Below, piece by piece: positions 52,440 to 64,000 of a stretch of DNA of 64,000 nt. Location of the stretch: NCBI GenBank assembly GCA_032718475.1, contig JAUCBJ010003467.1, positions 1 to 64,000 of the forward strand, given 5' to 3'. A model generated the notes under the pieces. It had not been told where the DNA came from and made no database searches. It saw only the letters and a program-made list of their open reading frames with translations. Every line of letters begins with the position of its first letter. The first letter of the stretch is position 1. Source of the DNA: Nemertoderma westbladi (taxonomy: Eukaryota; Animalia; Xenacoelomorpha). The translations under genes and the position numbers were made by a program.

Positions 52440-55400
52440 ATGGATGGATTCATTTTATTGCTGATTGCGATATCGCCTTGGTTACCGCTCGCTCTGCTGC
52501 AGACTAACGTAAATTCGACTAAAACATACGATATTTATCAACCGATAGTCTATTCTCAATACCTAACTAACGAAGACAGACACCACAACAGTGGCCGTTT
52601 CTTTTTTCGCGATGGTGAATCAGGCGAGGGTAGTGATATATCCGCTGAACTTGGAAGTGTATATTTTTTGACCAGGAGAGTTTCCTTCACTTTTGCGACA
52701 TTTTACCCCAACGTCGTCTCCAAATCCCGACTCTACCGTTTGTCCACCAACCGTAAATCATTCGAAGAGTTTTCCATTGATCCCGCATCCCACGAAATTA
52801 TTCGCTACATTTACTTTAGTAAGGCAGATCGTCGAATAGCTATTTTTATAACTGAGAGTAAAGCTATGTATCTTACGACAGACGATTCGAATACCTTTGA
52901 ACGCATCGCTGTGGATTTCTACACGAACACGTTAGCCTTCCACTCGCGAATCAGCTCGATGGTTCTCGCTATATCAACCGCGCGCACTCTGCACGTATCA
53001 TTCGACACCGGTAGGAGTTGGACGTCTGTTGCCGACGATGTCACCCACGCATCCTGGGGCTTTGACCCGTGGGACGCCCCGGGAGCTATACACGTTACAA
53101 CCGTAACGCCCTCCGTCTTCCTCTACTCGCTGCTACTCTGTAGTAACGCGACGTTTACTCGTGACGACCCCTGCGCCATGACGTTATTACGCTACGACGG
53201 TTTCCCCAAGATTTACGGTCCTTACATTACCATTACAACGGGAGGTACCCTGTTCGTATCATACCGACGCCGCCCCTTCCGGCAGGCATTCTTCCCCAGG
53301 AATTCCTCTGATCTTACTGTAGATCGAGTTCTCGACTTCGGTGATGATTTTCTCATGCTATCTGTTGCCAACGGCAGCGCTAATCACGTTTATGTTTGCT
53401 CCCGCGACTGCCTTTATTTATCCTTGTTGCTCAGCAACTACAATGTTTATCAAGAAGGTCAGTGGCTTTACAGGGAGTTCAAACCTATTAGAGGGATCCC
53501 AGGCGCGTATATAGCGAACACGTTGGTCCGTGATTCCGTTATTACTAGGGTTACCTGGGACTCAGGTTTAACGTGGTCTAACGGTACATTACCGGGTGTT
53601 TCAACCCCGGTTACCTTGCGTGTTTCTGGTAATGTGGGCCTTCGCAGCTGGAAGTCATCGCCTGGTGTTGTCATGGCCGTCGGGTTCCCCACCTACAACA
53701 GTTCACATGGGGGGACAGTGTACACGAGTCACAACGCCGGGGCCACTTGGTTCGGCGCTAACACCGGTGAAAACCTCAAGGGTTTGGTGTTTTCCGCGGT
53801 AAACAGAGGCGCGTCTCTCACCGTCGGTGGTCTGTACGACCCGCTCAACCGGTTGTGGTACTCGGTGGATAGCGGGGTCACCTGGAAGGCGATTCGCTAC
53901 ACCGATCGATACCACAGAGTGACGGAAGCGATCGTACAAGGGAACTACCTCCATCTAATGGGATATCGTAAGGAGTCCAAGGTACCCGTTCCCTGGTGGC
54001 TGGCCACCATCGATCTAACACCGGTGTACACCGCCGGTGAATGCCGCAAACAAGATGTTAAGTGGTGGAATTACATGAGCGACGTGTACAGGGAAGTTGT
54101 GAGTTCTTCTTGTATAAATGGATATTCCATCTGGTCGCAACGTCGCCTTCCCTCCAATCAGTGCTCCTATCCTGCGACAATCCAGTTGGGAACTAACCAA
54201 TCAGCGTGCTCCTGCGCTGACTCGGATTTTACTTGCGATTTTGGTTACTTTCGGTTTGGTTCCGGTGCATCGTGCGAGTTGGAATCGTGGTGGGACCCCG
54301 ACAGACCGCTGCATTTCTGCCCCGAGGGTATCAACTACACCCGCAGCCGGGCCGGTTACACGAGGATACCCGGTAACGGGTGTAACCCAGATGTAACGGT
54401 GGAGACGGTCCCCTGTCCGATTATCGTAGCCGGGGGTCTTAGTCTCAAGTCTGACGGGGGTATTCTCTTTATCGCGTTGAATGATTCGATAAGTTTCACT
54501 CTCACTCAATCCTCTGGTTCGATGAACTCAACGGTTTATATTTGGGATGGAGGGAATGGGGAGGTTGTCCGTTACCGTGGTTATGAGGCGGGTCGTAGGC
54601 GTACCTTCACGTATGCGACCGCGGGTGATTACCGCGTTAAGTTGAGCGCGGTTAACGCGGATGGTTGGAGGAGTGTGGAGGTACCGGTGTACGTGCGGGA
54701 GCCGGTGGGGGTAGTGTATGCGGAAGGCGATAGGATTCCCGCGGGAGTTGGGGTTGAGTACCGGTACACGGTGGGAGTGAGTCCGGTCTCACTGACCGCG
54801 GGGGAGTTGCACTATGTCTGGGAGTGGGGCGACGGCAGTGTCTCTCAGGTCAGTTGGACCGGTAGACTCGCTCATCGCTACGCTCATCCCGGCGTCTACT
54901 CCCTCCAGGTGTCTGCGGTAACGAAGGTCAACGTCGCTGTCTGCAGGTCCGAAGTTACCGTCTACCCCGAGGTATCCATTATCCAGATTTCCTTCCATGT
55001 GCGTGTCGATATGGTGAATCTAGGCAGCGTCGACTGGCGAAGAAAGTTCGCTCGTAATATTCGTTCTGCTATTCTAGAACAGATCGACTACGCGAAGGAC
55101 AACCTAGTAGTCCTTGTACCGCCGGACCTTCCTACCTTAGCTAACGTCTTCCTACTCGAGCGTCCGTTCTCTGTTGTAGAGCCACTATTGGTGGAGCTGG
55201 TTGCCGTCGGCAACCTCACCGTCGAGGTCCCCGGTGCCCACACGGACCCCTCCGACTCCCAGACGACCGCTCTCTCTGCCGCGGTTCTCTCCCGCGAGCG
55301 GGTCGCCCCCGTACTGAACCCCGTGGACTGGTTGTTGATATACTCGGTATCGGGGGCTATCCTCCTCGCTGTGCTCGTCGCGGCCTCCTGCTGGTGTTGG

Positions 55401-55715
55401 TGTAAGTGGAACGCGAATAAAGCGCCCCCAAGCGGCGGGGGGGCGCACTCGGAAGTGGAGGAGGAGGACCTGGTGTTGTTCAACGACAACGCGTTGAGTT
55501 CCGACGGTTTGTTGGATTGTCCGACGACGCTGTCCGACGGAGAGCGCGGATCGAATTCCGCCGTAGCATCGCCTTCTACCCCCCGTATTACGTCGCAGGA
55601 CTCCCTGTCGGTATCCTTTCTCTCTGTACAGAGCCCCCTAGACGGCGGGGGAACAGTAGAAAGCCCCCCCGGAGGGAAAGGTGATTGTTTCCTTCAATCT
55701 TCCAGTGTTTGTTAG
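52440..55715 (+). CDS. VPS10-domain type I membrane receptor, SorCS-like, single exon
   Basis: Signal peptide; Asp-box repeats (SFDTGRSW, TWDSGLTW, SHNAGATW, SVDSGVTW); 10CC motif CSCADSDFTCDFGY; two PKD-like domains (YIWDGGNG, YVWEWGDG); TM helix WLLIYSVSGAILLAVLVAASCWCWC; acidic Ser-rich tail. Confidence 0.9.
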   Translation: MDGFILLLIAISPWLPLALLQTNVNSTKTYDIYQPIVYSQYLTNEDRHHNSGRFFFRDGESGEGSDISAELGSVYFLTRRVSFTFATFYPNVVSKSRLYRLSTNRKSFEEFSIDPASHEIIRYIYFSKADRRIAIFITESKAMYLTTDDSNTFERIAVDFYTNTLAFHSRISSMVLAISTARTLHVSFDTGRSWTSVADDVTHASWGFDPWDAPGAIHVTTVTPSVFLYSLLLCSNATFTRDDPCAMTLLRYDGFPKIYGPYITITTGGTLFVSYRRRPFRQAFFPRNSSDLTVDRVLDFGDDFLMLSVANGSANHVYVCSRDCLYLSLLLSNYNVYQEGQWLYREFKPIRGIPGAYIANTLVRDSVITRVTWDSGLTWSNGTLPGVSTPVTLRVSGNVGLRSWKSSPGVVMAVGFPTYNSSHGGTVYTSHNAGATWFGANTGENLKGLVFSAVNRGASLTVGGLYDPLNRLWYSVDSGVTWKAIRYTDRYHRVTEAIVQGNYLHLMGYRKESKVPVPWWLATIDLTPVYTAGECRKQDVKWWNYMSDVYREVVSSSCINGYSIWSQRRLPSNQCSYPATIQLGTNQSACSCADSDFTCDFGYFRFGSGASCELESWWDPDRPLHFCPEGINYTRSRAGYTRIPGNGCNPDVTVETVPCPIIVAGGLSLKSDGGILFIALNDSISFTLTQSSGSMNSTVYIWDGGNGEVVRYRGYEAGRRRTFTYATAGDYRVKLSAVNADGWRSVEVPVYVREPVGVVYAEGDRIPAGVGVEYRYTVGVSPVSLTAGELHYVWEWGDGSVSQVSWTGRLAHRYAHPGVYSLQVSAVTKVNVAVCRSEVTVYPEVSIIQISFHVRVDMVNLGSVDWRRKFARNIRSAILEQIDYAKDNLVVLVPPDLPTLANVFLLERPFSVVEPLLVELVAVGNLTVEVPGAHTDPSDSQTTALSAAVLSRERVAPVLNPVDWLLIYSVSGAILLAVLVAASCWCWCKWNANKAPPSGGGAHSEVEEEDLVLFNDNALSSDGLLDCPTTLSDGERGSNSAVASPSTPRITSQDSLSVSFLSVQSPLDGGGTVESPPGGKGDCFLQSSSVC

Positions 55716-57698
55716 ATTACCTTGAAACTAACAGCTGATTGATTTTATCATTTACTATTATAGCAATAATTAATTGGTCTCCATGTAGAAATAATTTATT
55801 TTTCTGATGACTTCACGCTTTTTTTCGCAGTTCTTCATACAATTTTCCTGGTTGCTGCTAATCGCTACAACTTTGAATTAATAATAAATTAATATAATAT
55901 TTTAATACCCATTAGCTCTAGTAGTAATGAATAGCCATTATTATATTAGTTTACTATTTTAGATGGATATACTAGACTTATTATTTTATACTGTATTATT
56001 CTTATTATATTTCATCGTATATTAATATTATTGGCCTTGAATTACTGGTCTTTGACTAATTCCCTGTAGTACCGCTGTATGTTATGTACGTTATTGTAAA
56101 GATACCGTGGATGCTGTCTACTCTATTGTGTGTCTGTTTTTATTGAATATTTTTACACGGGTCTTCTAATAATATTAATAACAATTTATATAGCAATTAT
56201 TTAAAAAATAATAGTTAATATTCCGATCGCTATTACAACCTAATTAATATATTTATTTTATAATAATTACCTAATTAAAATTCGTAATTTAAAATTTAAA
56301 TATGCTTTTCCTAAATTACTTAAAAATTCCTCCAAGTTATACAAAAATCTAAGGCTGTGCCAAAATCAAATAAATTTACCTAAAAAGATAAAAATAAATA
56401 TACTAAAAAATTATCTGTTACCGGCCAAGTTAGCAATTAATAAGTTAAATTAAGTTTCGGAATACAAAAACTTTGGCTTATGTTAGATCCTTAATCGGGT
56501 CCCCATTTATTTTTCTACTGTATATAAATCTATTTACTGCAAATAAATATGTTGTTCTATTAAATGGCATATAATGATCAAAACTAGAATAAGCTACATC
56601 TACCTCTTATATCTAACAAACCCAAAATTAAAAGTGTAAATAATATGAAGAGAGTTTGGTGTGATTTCGTGTTAATAAATAAAATTAACCTTGTACACTA
56701 ATGAATATTTAATTTAAATTGTTTCATTGAATTCAGATTACTATTTTATTTTACTATTATTTTTTATCTTTTTAACTTTTGTTTAACAAACTAATTTCAG
56801 GAAGTTTATGCAATTCCATAAAGCTAAATTTTCGAGTGTTTATTTATCCCACAGGTTATTTTTTTTTATTTATTTATTTATTTATTTTAATTTAACATAC
56901 GGTATCTTATTCGGGTGGTGCAGGCACTATTTTTTTTATATTGTTTTTTGATTGTGCATTTTATTTATTGGTAGTTTAGTTCCGGAGTGTACTAGATGCC
57001 AATCCAGGCTGGCTGGGAATTTTTGTTGGTTCCTTTTTTTAAACTGTAAACGCTCTATAGATTATAAAGGGATTTAAATATTTAACATATTACAATTTTA
57101 CAGTATATTAGCAACGGGTTCCCCCACATTTTTTAACAGATGTTCCTATTTATTTAATTTATAATTTCATTCAGTTGTGGACTAGCGTCAACCAAACAAA
57201 CTTGCTCTTGTATAATGTAAGTCGTATAAGCAGACAAATCATAAATCGTGCGATGTGTGAAATGTTATTTACTAAGGGATTAATATTCAATCAGATGGGG
57301 ATTTAATACATGCTTCAGATGTCTTTAATTTAACTCCATATATATTCATATAATCAATCTACTTTATTTTCATTGTAATGATGTTTTTCCTTTGTAAATC
57401 AACTATTTATCAATTGTGTTACATTGCGCTGTTAGCCTTAGCGTTTATGTAATTTTTCAATTATATATATATTTAAGATGATTCAGTTTATATTTAATGA
57501 TCCTTCATTCTAATATTTCCTTTTGTGTTTATTTTGTTTATATAAAATAGTCAATTCCTTTATTTAAATATATTTAAATAATAAATTAAAGATGATGACT
57601 TACTGTATATAAAACGCCGCATTTTAACAGGAACGCGATATTAACGTAAAAATAAATAAATGAATGGGAATGGTAGAATCTTTTAGGCCTGTTAAGCC

Positions 57699-60600
57699 AA
57701 GGAATGCCTGTTCACCACCATGGACGATCTTCCACAGTAAACCCCTCCACTCCGTTTCCTAAAAGAATGCATGTTCAGCACCATGGGTGATATCTTCCAC
57801 AGTAAACCCCTCCACTCCGTTTCTTAAAAGAATGCATGTTCACCACCATGGGTGATCTTCCACAGTAAACCCTTCCACTCTGTTTCCCAAAGGAATGCCT
57901 GTTCACCACCATGGGCGATCTTCCACAGTAAACACCTCCATTCTGTTTCCTAAAGGAATACCTGTTCACCACCATGGACGATCTTCCACAGTAAACCCTT
58001 CCACTCTGTTTCCTAAAGGAACGCCTGTTCACCACCATGGGCGATCTTCCACAGTAAACCCCTCCACTCCGTTTCCTAAAAGAATGCATGTTCACCACCA
58101 TGGGCGATCTTCAACAGTAAACCCCTCCACTCCGTTTCTTAAAAGAATGCATGTTCACCACCATGGGTGATCTTCCACAGTAAACCCTTCCACTCTGTTT
58201 CCCAAAGGAATGCCTGTTCACCACCATGGGCGATCTTCCACAGTAAACACCTCCATTCTGTTTCCTAAAGGAATACCTGTTCACCACCATGGACGATCTT
58301 CCACAGTAAACCCCTCCACTCCGTTTCCTAAAAGAATGCATGTTCACCACCATGGGCGATCTTCCACAGTAAACCCCTCCACTCCGTTTCCTAAAAGAAT
58401 GCATGTTCACCATCATGGGTGATCTTCCACAGTAAACCCTTCCACTCTGTTTCCCAAAGGAATGCCTGTTCACCACCATGGGCGATCTTCCACAGTAAAC
58501 ACCTCCACTCCGTTTCCTAAAAGAATGCATGTTCACCACCATGGGTGATCTTCCACAGTAAACCCTTCCACTCTGTTTCCCAAAGGAATGCCTGTTCACC
58601 ACCATGGGTGATCTTCCACAGTAAACCCTTCCACTCTGTTTCCTAAAGGAATGCCTGTTCACCACCATGGGTGATCTTCCACAGTCGGCTTCCACTCTGT
58701 TTCCTAAAGGAATGCCTGTTCACCACCATGGGTGATCTTCCACAGTAAACCCTTCCACTCTGTTTCCTAAAGGAATGCCTGTTCATCACCATGGGTGATC
58801 TTCCACAGTAAACCCTTCCACTCTGTTTCCCAAAGGAATGCCTGTTCACCACCATGGGCGATCTTCCACAGTAAACACCTCCACTCTGTTTCCTAAAGGA
58901 ATACCTGTTCACCACCATGGACGATCTTCCACAGTAAACCCCTCCACTCCGTTTCCTAAAAGAATGCATGTTCACCACCATGGGCGATCTTCCACAGTAA
59001 ACCCCTCCACTCCGTTTCCTAAAAGAATGCATGTTCACCACCATGGGTGATCTTCCACAGTAAACCCTTCCACTCTGTTTCCCAAAGGAATGCCTGTTCA
59101 CCACCATGGGCGATCTTCCACAGTAAACACCTCCACTCCGTTTCCTAAAAGAATGCATGTTCACCACCATGGATGATCTTCCACAGTAAACCCTTCCACT
59201 CTGTTTCCCAAAGGAATGCCTGTTCACCACCATGGGTGATCTTCCACAGTAAACCCTTCCACTCTGTTTCCTAAAGGAATGCCTGTTCACCACCATGGGT
59301 GATCTTCCACAGTCGGCTTCCACTCTGTTTCCTAAAGGAATGCCTGTTCACCACCATGGGTGATCTTCCACAGTAAACCCTTCCACTCTGTTTCCTAAAG
59401 GAATGCCTGTTCATCACCATGGGTGATCTTCCACAGTAAACCCTTCCACTCTGTTTCCTAAAGGAACGCCTGTTCACCACCATGGGCGATCTTCCACAGT
59501 AAACCCTTCCACTCCGTTTCCTAAAAGAATGCATCATGTTCACCACCATGGGTAATCTAATCTTCCACAGTAAACCCCTCCACTCCGTTTCCTAAAAGAA
59601 TGCATGTTCACCACCATGGGTGATCTTCCACAGTAAACCCTTCCACTCTGTTTCCCAAAGGAATGCCTGTTCACCACCATGGGCGATCTTCCACAGTAAA
59701 CACCTCCACTCTGTTTCCTAAAGGAATACCTGTTCACCACCATGGGCGATCTTCCACAGTAAACCCCTCCACTCCGTTTCCTAAAAGAATGCATGTTCAC
59801 CACCATGGGTGATCTTCCACAGTAAACCCTTCCACTCTGTTTCCCAAAGGAATGCCTGTTCACCACCATGGGCGATCTTCCACAGTAAACACCTCCACTC
59901 TGTTTCCTAAAGGAATACCTGTTCACCACCATGGACGATCTTCCACAGTAAACCCCTCCACTCCGTTTCCTAAAAGAATGCATGTTCACCACCATGGGCG
60001 ATCTTCCACAGTAAACCCCTCCACTCCGTTTCCTAAAAGAATGCATGTTCACCACCATGGGTGATCTTCCACAGTAAACCCTTCCACTCTGTTTCCCAAA
60101 GGAATGCCTGTTCACCACCATGGGTGATCTTCCACAGTAAACCCTTCCACTCTGTTTCCTAAAGGAATGCCTGTTCACCACCATGGGTGATCTTCCACAG
60201 TCGGCTTCCACTCTGTTTCCTAAAGGAATGCCTGTTCACCACCATGGGTGATCTTCCACAGTAAACCCTTCCACTCTGTTTCCTAAAGGAATGCCTGTTC
60301 ATCACCATGGGTGATCTTCCACAGTAAACCCTTCCACTCTGTTTCCTAAAGGAACGCCTGTTCACCACCATGGGCGATCTTCCACAGTAAACCCTTCCAC
60401 TCCGTTTCCTAAAAGAATGCATCATGTTCACCACCATGGGTAATCTAATCTTCCACAGTAAACCCCTCCACTCCGTTTCCTAAAAGAATGCATGTTCACC
60501 ACCATGGGTGATCTTCCACAGTAAACCCTTCCACTCCGTTTCCTAAAAGAATGCATCATGTTCACCACCATGGGTGATCTTCCACAGTAAACCCATTCCA

Positions 60601-61181
60601 CTCTGCTTCTTTAAGGAATGCCTGTTCACCACCATGGGTGATCTCCCACAGGAAACCCTTCCACTCTGTTTCCTAAAGGAATGCCTGTTCACCACCATGG
60701 GCGATCTTCCACAGTAAACCCCTCCACTTCGTTTCCTAAAATAATGCATCATGTTCACCACCATGGGTGATCTTCCACAGTAAACCCATTCCACTCTGCT
60801 TCCTTAAGGAATGCCTGTTCACCACCACGGGTGATCTTCCTCAGTAAACACTTCTACTCTGTTTCCTAAAGGAATGCCTGTTCATCACCATGGGTGATCT
60901 TCCACAGTAAACCCTTCCACTCTGTTTCCTAAAGGAATGCCTGTTCACCACCATGGGTGATCTTCCACAATAAACCGCTCCACTCTGTTTCCTAAAGGAA
61001 TGCCTGTTCACCACCATGGGTGATCTTTCACAGTAAACCCCTCCACTCCGTTTCCTAAAAGAATGCATGTTCACCACCATGGGTGATCTTCCACAGTAAA
61101 CCCTTCCACTCTGTTTCCCAAAGGAATGCCTGTTCACCACCATGGGTGATCTTTCACAGTAAACCCTCCCACTCTGTTTCC
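57699..61181. repeat. 63-bp minisatellite (~55 copies) with higher-order blocks
   Basis: Unit ggaatgcctgttcaccaccatgggtgatcttccacagtaaacccttccactctgtttcctaaa. Confidence 0.97.
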
Positions 61182-62084
61182 CAGTACCATATGGTATAAT
61201 CTATTAATAGATTTTACCTGTAAACGCTATTTCTTTTTCTTTTTTTTCTGTTGGCAAATGTATGAAAGCTAAAATAATAACTCAGTCAACTCATTTATGA
61301 CAATAAACTAAACTTGGTATACAATTATACATGTAGTCTGTCGATTGTCGTAAGTCTGAAATATAATTTGCGTAGGGGGGCTCCTCTGTTCTCCCACTAG
61401 AGTTCTACTAAGTATCGGTTGAAATAGCGTTACCCGTATGCTAAGCTTGTTTACTTGTGCTGCGCCCGCTTCTTTAGTTAGTGCTGCGCCCTGCGAAAGT
61501 GTTTATTATTAATATAGTTGAAATATTACCAATCATCATTATAATAGCGATAACGGCAAGGCAGTATAGTAGGTAGTAAGGTATTAGTACTGCTAGTATA
61601 ATTGTGATTATTTTCATGATAAATAATTAAAATATTTAAGATAATTTCCATAGGTAATTCATTTACCTACCGCACAGAGGTTACTAAAGTTTCAAGAGCA
61701 TAATGGAAGATATGGTCAATGGAGGGCAATGGCACTAATGTGTCGGTCGATCTACCGGTAAATTCATTGTAATATAAAAAAAGAGGCGTATTCATGAGGA
61801 TGAGGCTAAAGGAATGATAACTCTTATGAACCAACTGCGTTAAAAAAAATGTAATACAGCTTACATTTGTAAACAGTTGTATCACAAGAGTGGTATAATT
61901 GAGTCAGAGTGTTAGCAGAGATGGCGCCACAAAGAGTTGCATTTATCAAAGATTAATCACAAGTTGTCAGAGAGTCAGTCCAAGAATATGGAATTGGTAA
62001 ACCTGCTGACTGGGAGTAAAAGTAAATGCCAAATAACCACCAAGGTTAAGGCTGAAGAGTGTTTGGAGCTCATTCACGGTTGGG

Positions 62085-62300
62085 TGAATTCTTAGCCCGC
62101 GAGTATTCTCAGCCCGCGGGTATTCTTAGCCCGCGAGTATTCTCAGCCCGCGGGTATTCTTAGCCCGCGAGTATTCTTATCCCGCAAGTTAGTAAAGGAG
62201 TAGGTTTCAGTGGCGTATTGGGGGAACCAAAACAATAAACGTTATTGTTTTACGGGCTAAGAATATCCACGGGCTAAGAATACTCGCGGGCTAAGAATTC
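62085..62300. repeat. 20-bp tandem units with inverted counterparts (MITE-like)
   Basis: ~5x attcttagcccgcgagt-type units at 62087-62185, inverted copies at 62253-62300. Confidence 0.7.
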
Positions 62301-62659
62301 CTGAGACCTTCATTCACCCATTATCGTGAAATGTATATGACAAATAGAGTCCTAAAAAAGAAATTAAAACGAATAAGTTGGTCCTTCTCCCTGTCCCAAA
62401 GAAGTGTAACCTATCCCTCTATGAGTCTTTTCGGGGAATTGATCTCGATTGCTGCAAAGCTATACAACCAAAAGAGAAAGAAATACACCTGGCTGTTATT
62501 CTGGCTCAGTCTGCCCATGTTCAGCGTATTTACAGCATATTAGATCCGTGAGGAAATTATTGAAGCAAACAGATAAGTGATCTGTACAGATCAGTGATCT
62601 GTACAGATCAGTGATCTGTACAGTCATACAAGTAACGAACATCAGTTACGATGGTTCAG

Positions 62660-62905
62660 TGACGACAGATAACTATAACTACGATTTTTTCCACCACATT
62701 TGTGTCTACTGCTGATGGTGACACAGATAACTACGATTTTTTCCACCACATTTGTGTCTACTGCTGATGGTGACACAGATAACTACGATTTTTTCCACCA
62801 CATTTGTGTCTACTTCTGATGGTGACACAGATCCATTCGACGAAGTCTTATCATGGGGAGTTCTTCAGGGTGACACACTTGCATTCTTGTTCATAAAGTT
62901 GTGGT
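62660..62905 (+). mobile_element. Short RTE-like fragment with ~57-bp triplication
   Basis: tgtctactgctgatggtgacacaga...ggagttcttcagggtgacac (GVLQGDT) parallels 47404-47490. Confidence 0.65.
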
Positions 62906-63475
62906 TTTCAAAATAGGATCTGGTTAGATTAATTTATTGGTTGGGGTTCCCGGTTAGTTGGTCAGGCCTCAACCATAGCCGCTCAACCATAGGCGCCCAA
63001 CCATAGGTGCTCAGCCATAATCCCAGAAATATTAGCGGAATTTTGGAGATTATTTCCAGAGGCCAAGGCCATGGCAGTTAATTATAACTTATCTTCAGAT
63101 TGTTGATATAATTTACCAATGGCAGGTTTATTAGGGTTGAGACCTTACCGCAGCTAACCCTAACCAAAACACTAAACCAAAGTACTATACATTACAAAAC
63201 AGCGGGAAAATGTATAAAAATCAGACAGTCTAGAATTCGTCATACGTAAAAACTGACATCGGAAATGGAATCACCGACCAAGAAAACTCGCTTAATGAAA
63301 ATGTTAAGTTCATGGTCATGGTTTATGACAAACAAAACTGACAGACGGACAAACAAACAAACAGACAGACTGTCTAGATTTCTTAAAAACTGACATCGGA
63401 AATGGGGCCATCAACCAAAAAACCCCTATATAGCGCAAATCGTTGGTTGTTGGTATCATGACCTACTACAGTATA

Positions 63476-63625
63476 GTCGTCGCTGTGTCCGAGTGGATAC
63501 AGCGCCTGAACTGCTTACACAATAGGGTATGGTGGCGCGGGTTCGAATCCGACTTAATGTTTCACCTTTGAACCCCATGTGCGGCACCGGCACACTGGCG
63601 CCTCAAGCATTTATAACATAATTAT
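63476..63625 (+). mobile_element. tRNA-derived SINE or tRNA pseudogene
   Basis: A-box-like tgtccgagtgg (63486-63496) and B-box ggttcgaatcc (63540-63550). No convincing cloverleaf. Confidence 0.55.
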
Positions 63626-64000
63626 TGGCTAAATTGTAATTAAATTTCATGTGATTTAATTTTAAAGTACCTTCAAACCAATAAGAATTCCTTCATTCAA
63701 GCAATATTAAATTAACACCAGTTTTTCCTGCGCAACACGAATATTAACTCCGTCCCAATAGGGTATAACAAAGATATAAGAGGTTTTAAATAAAGACGGC
63801 ACCCTATGCCGCCCTAAGGGTCAGGGTAAAATATGTAAAGGCGGCACTCTGCCGCCCGCCTCCCTGAGGGTTGAGTTATAATTATATGAAGGCGGCACAC
63901 TGTGCCGCCTTAATGAATATGGTCCACAATTATTTCTAATGAAAAAGCAATATGAATGAATAGGCGGCAGTTTGTCTCCTATTTAAGTGTTATTGCTGTT

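Noticed and set aside
57775-61143. Repetitive His- or Arg-rich ORFs
   Set aside because: Products of the 63-bp satellite.
63476-63560. Functional tRNA gene
   Set aside because: A/B boxes are present but acceptor and anticodon stems could not be paired; better explained as a SINE head.

Overview
AT-rich animal (probably invertebrate) nuclear DNA with spliceosomal GT-AG introns. Four host genes are recognisable. (1) A calmodulin/troponin-C-like EF-hand gene on the minus strand, exons 10584-10718 and 154-330, continuing off the left edge. (2) An intronless mitochondrial-type MTHFD2/FolD gene. (3) The first coding exon of SRP receptor alpha. (4) An intronless 1091-aa VPS10/SorCS-like receptor. 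About 20 kb (~30%) is made of seven unrelated minisatellite arrays. The rest is LINE remnants (one with a long open EN-RT ORF), MITEs, Helentron-like elements and a tRNA-derived SINE. The most striking structure is an ~8.7-kb array of ~210 copies of a 41-bp unit that is the EF-hand gene's own exon-1/intron-1 junction, so the intron opens with ~200 tandem AAG|GTGAGT 5' splice sites. Most long ORFs in the supplied track are repeat artefacts. All family calls come from motif recognition by eye; no database search was run.
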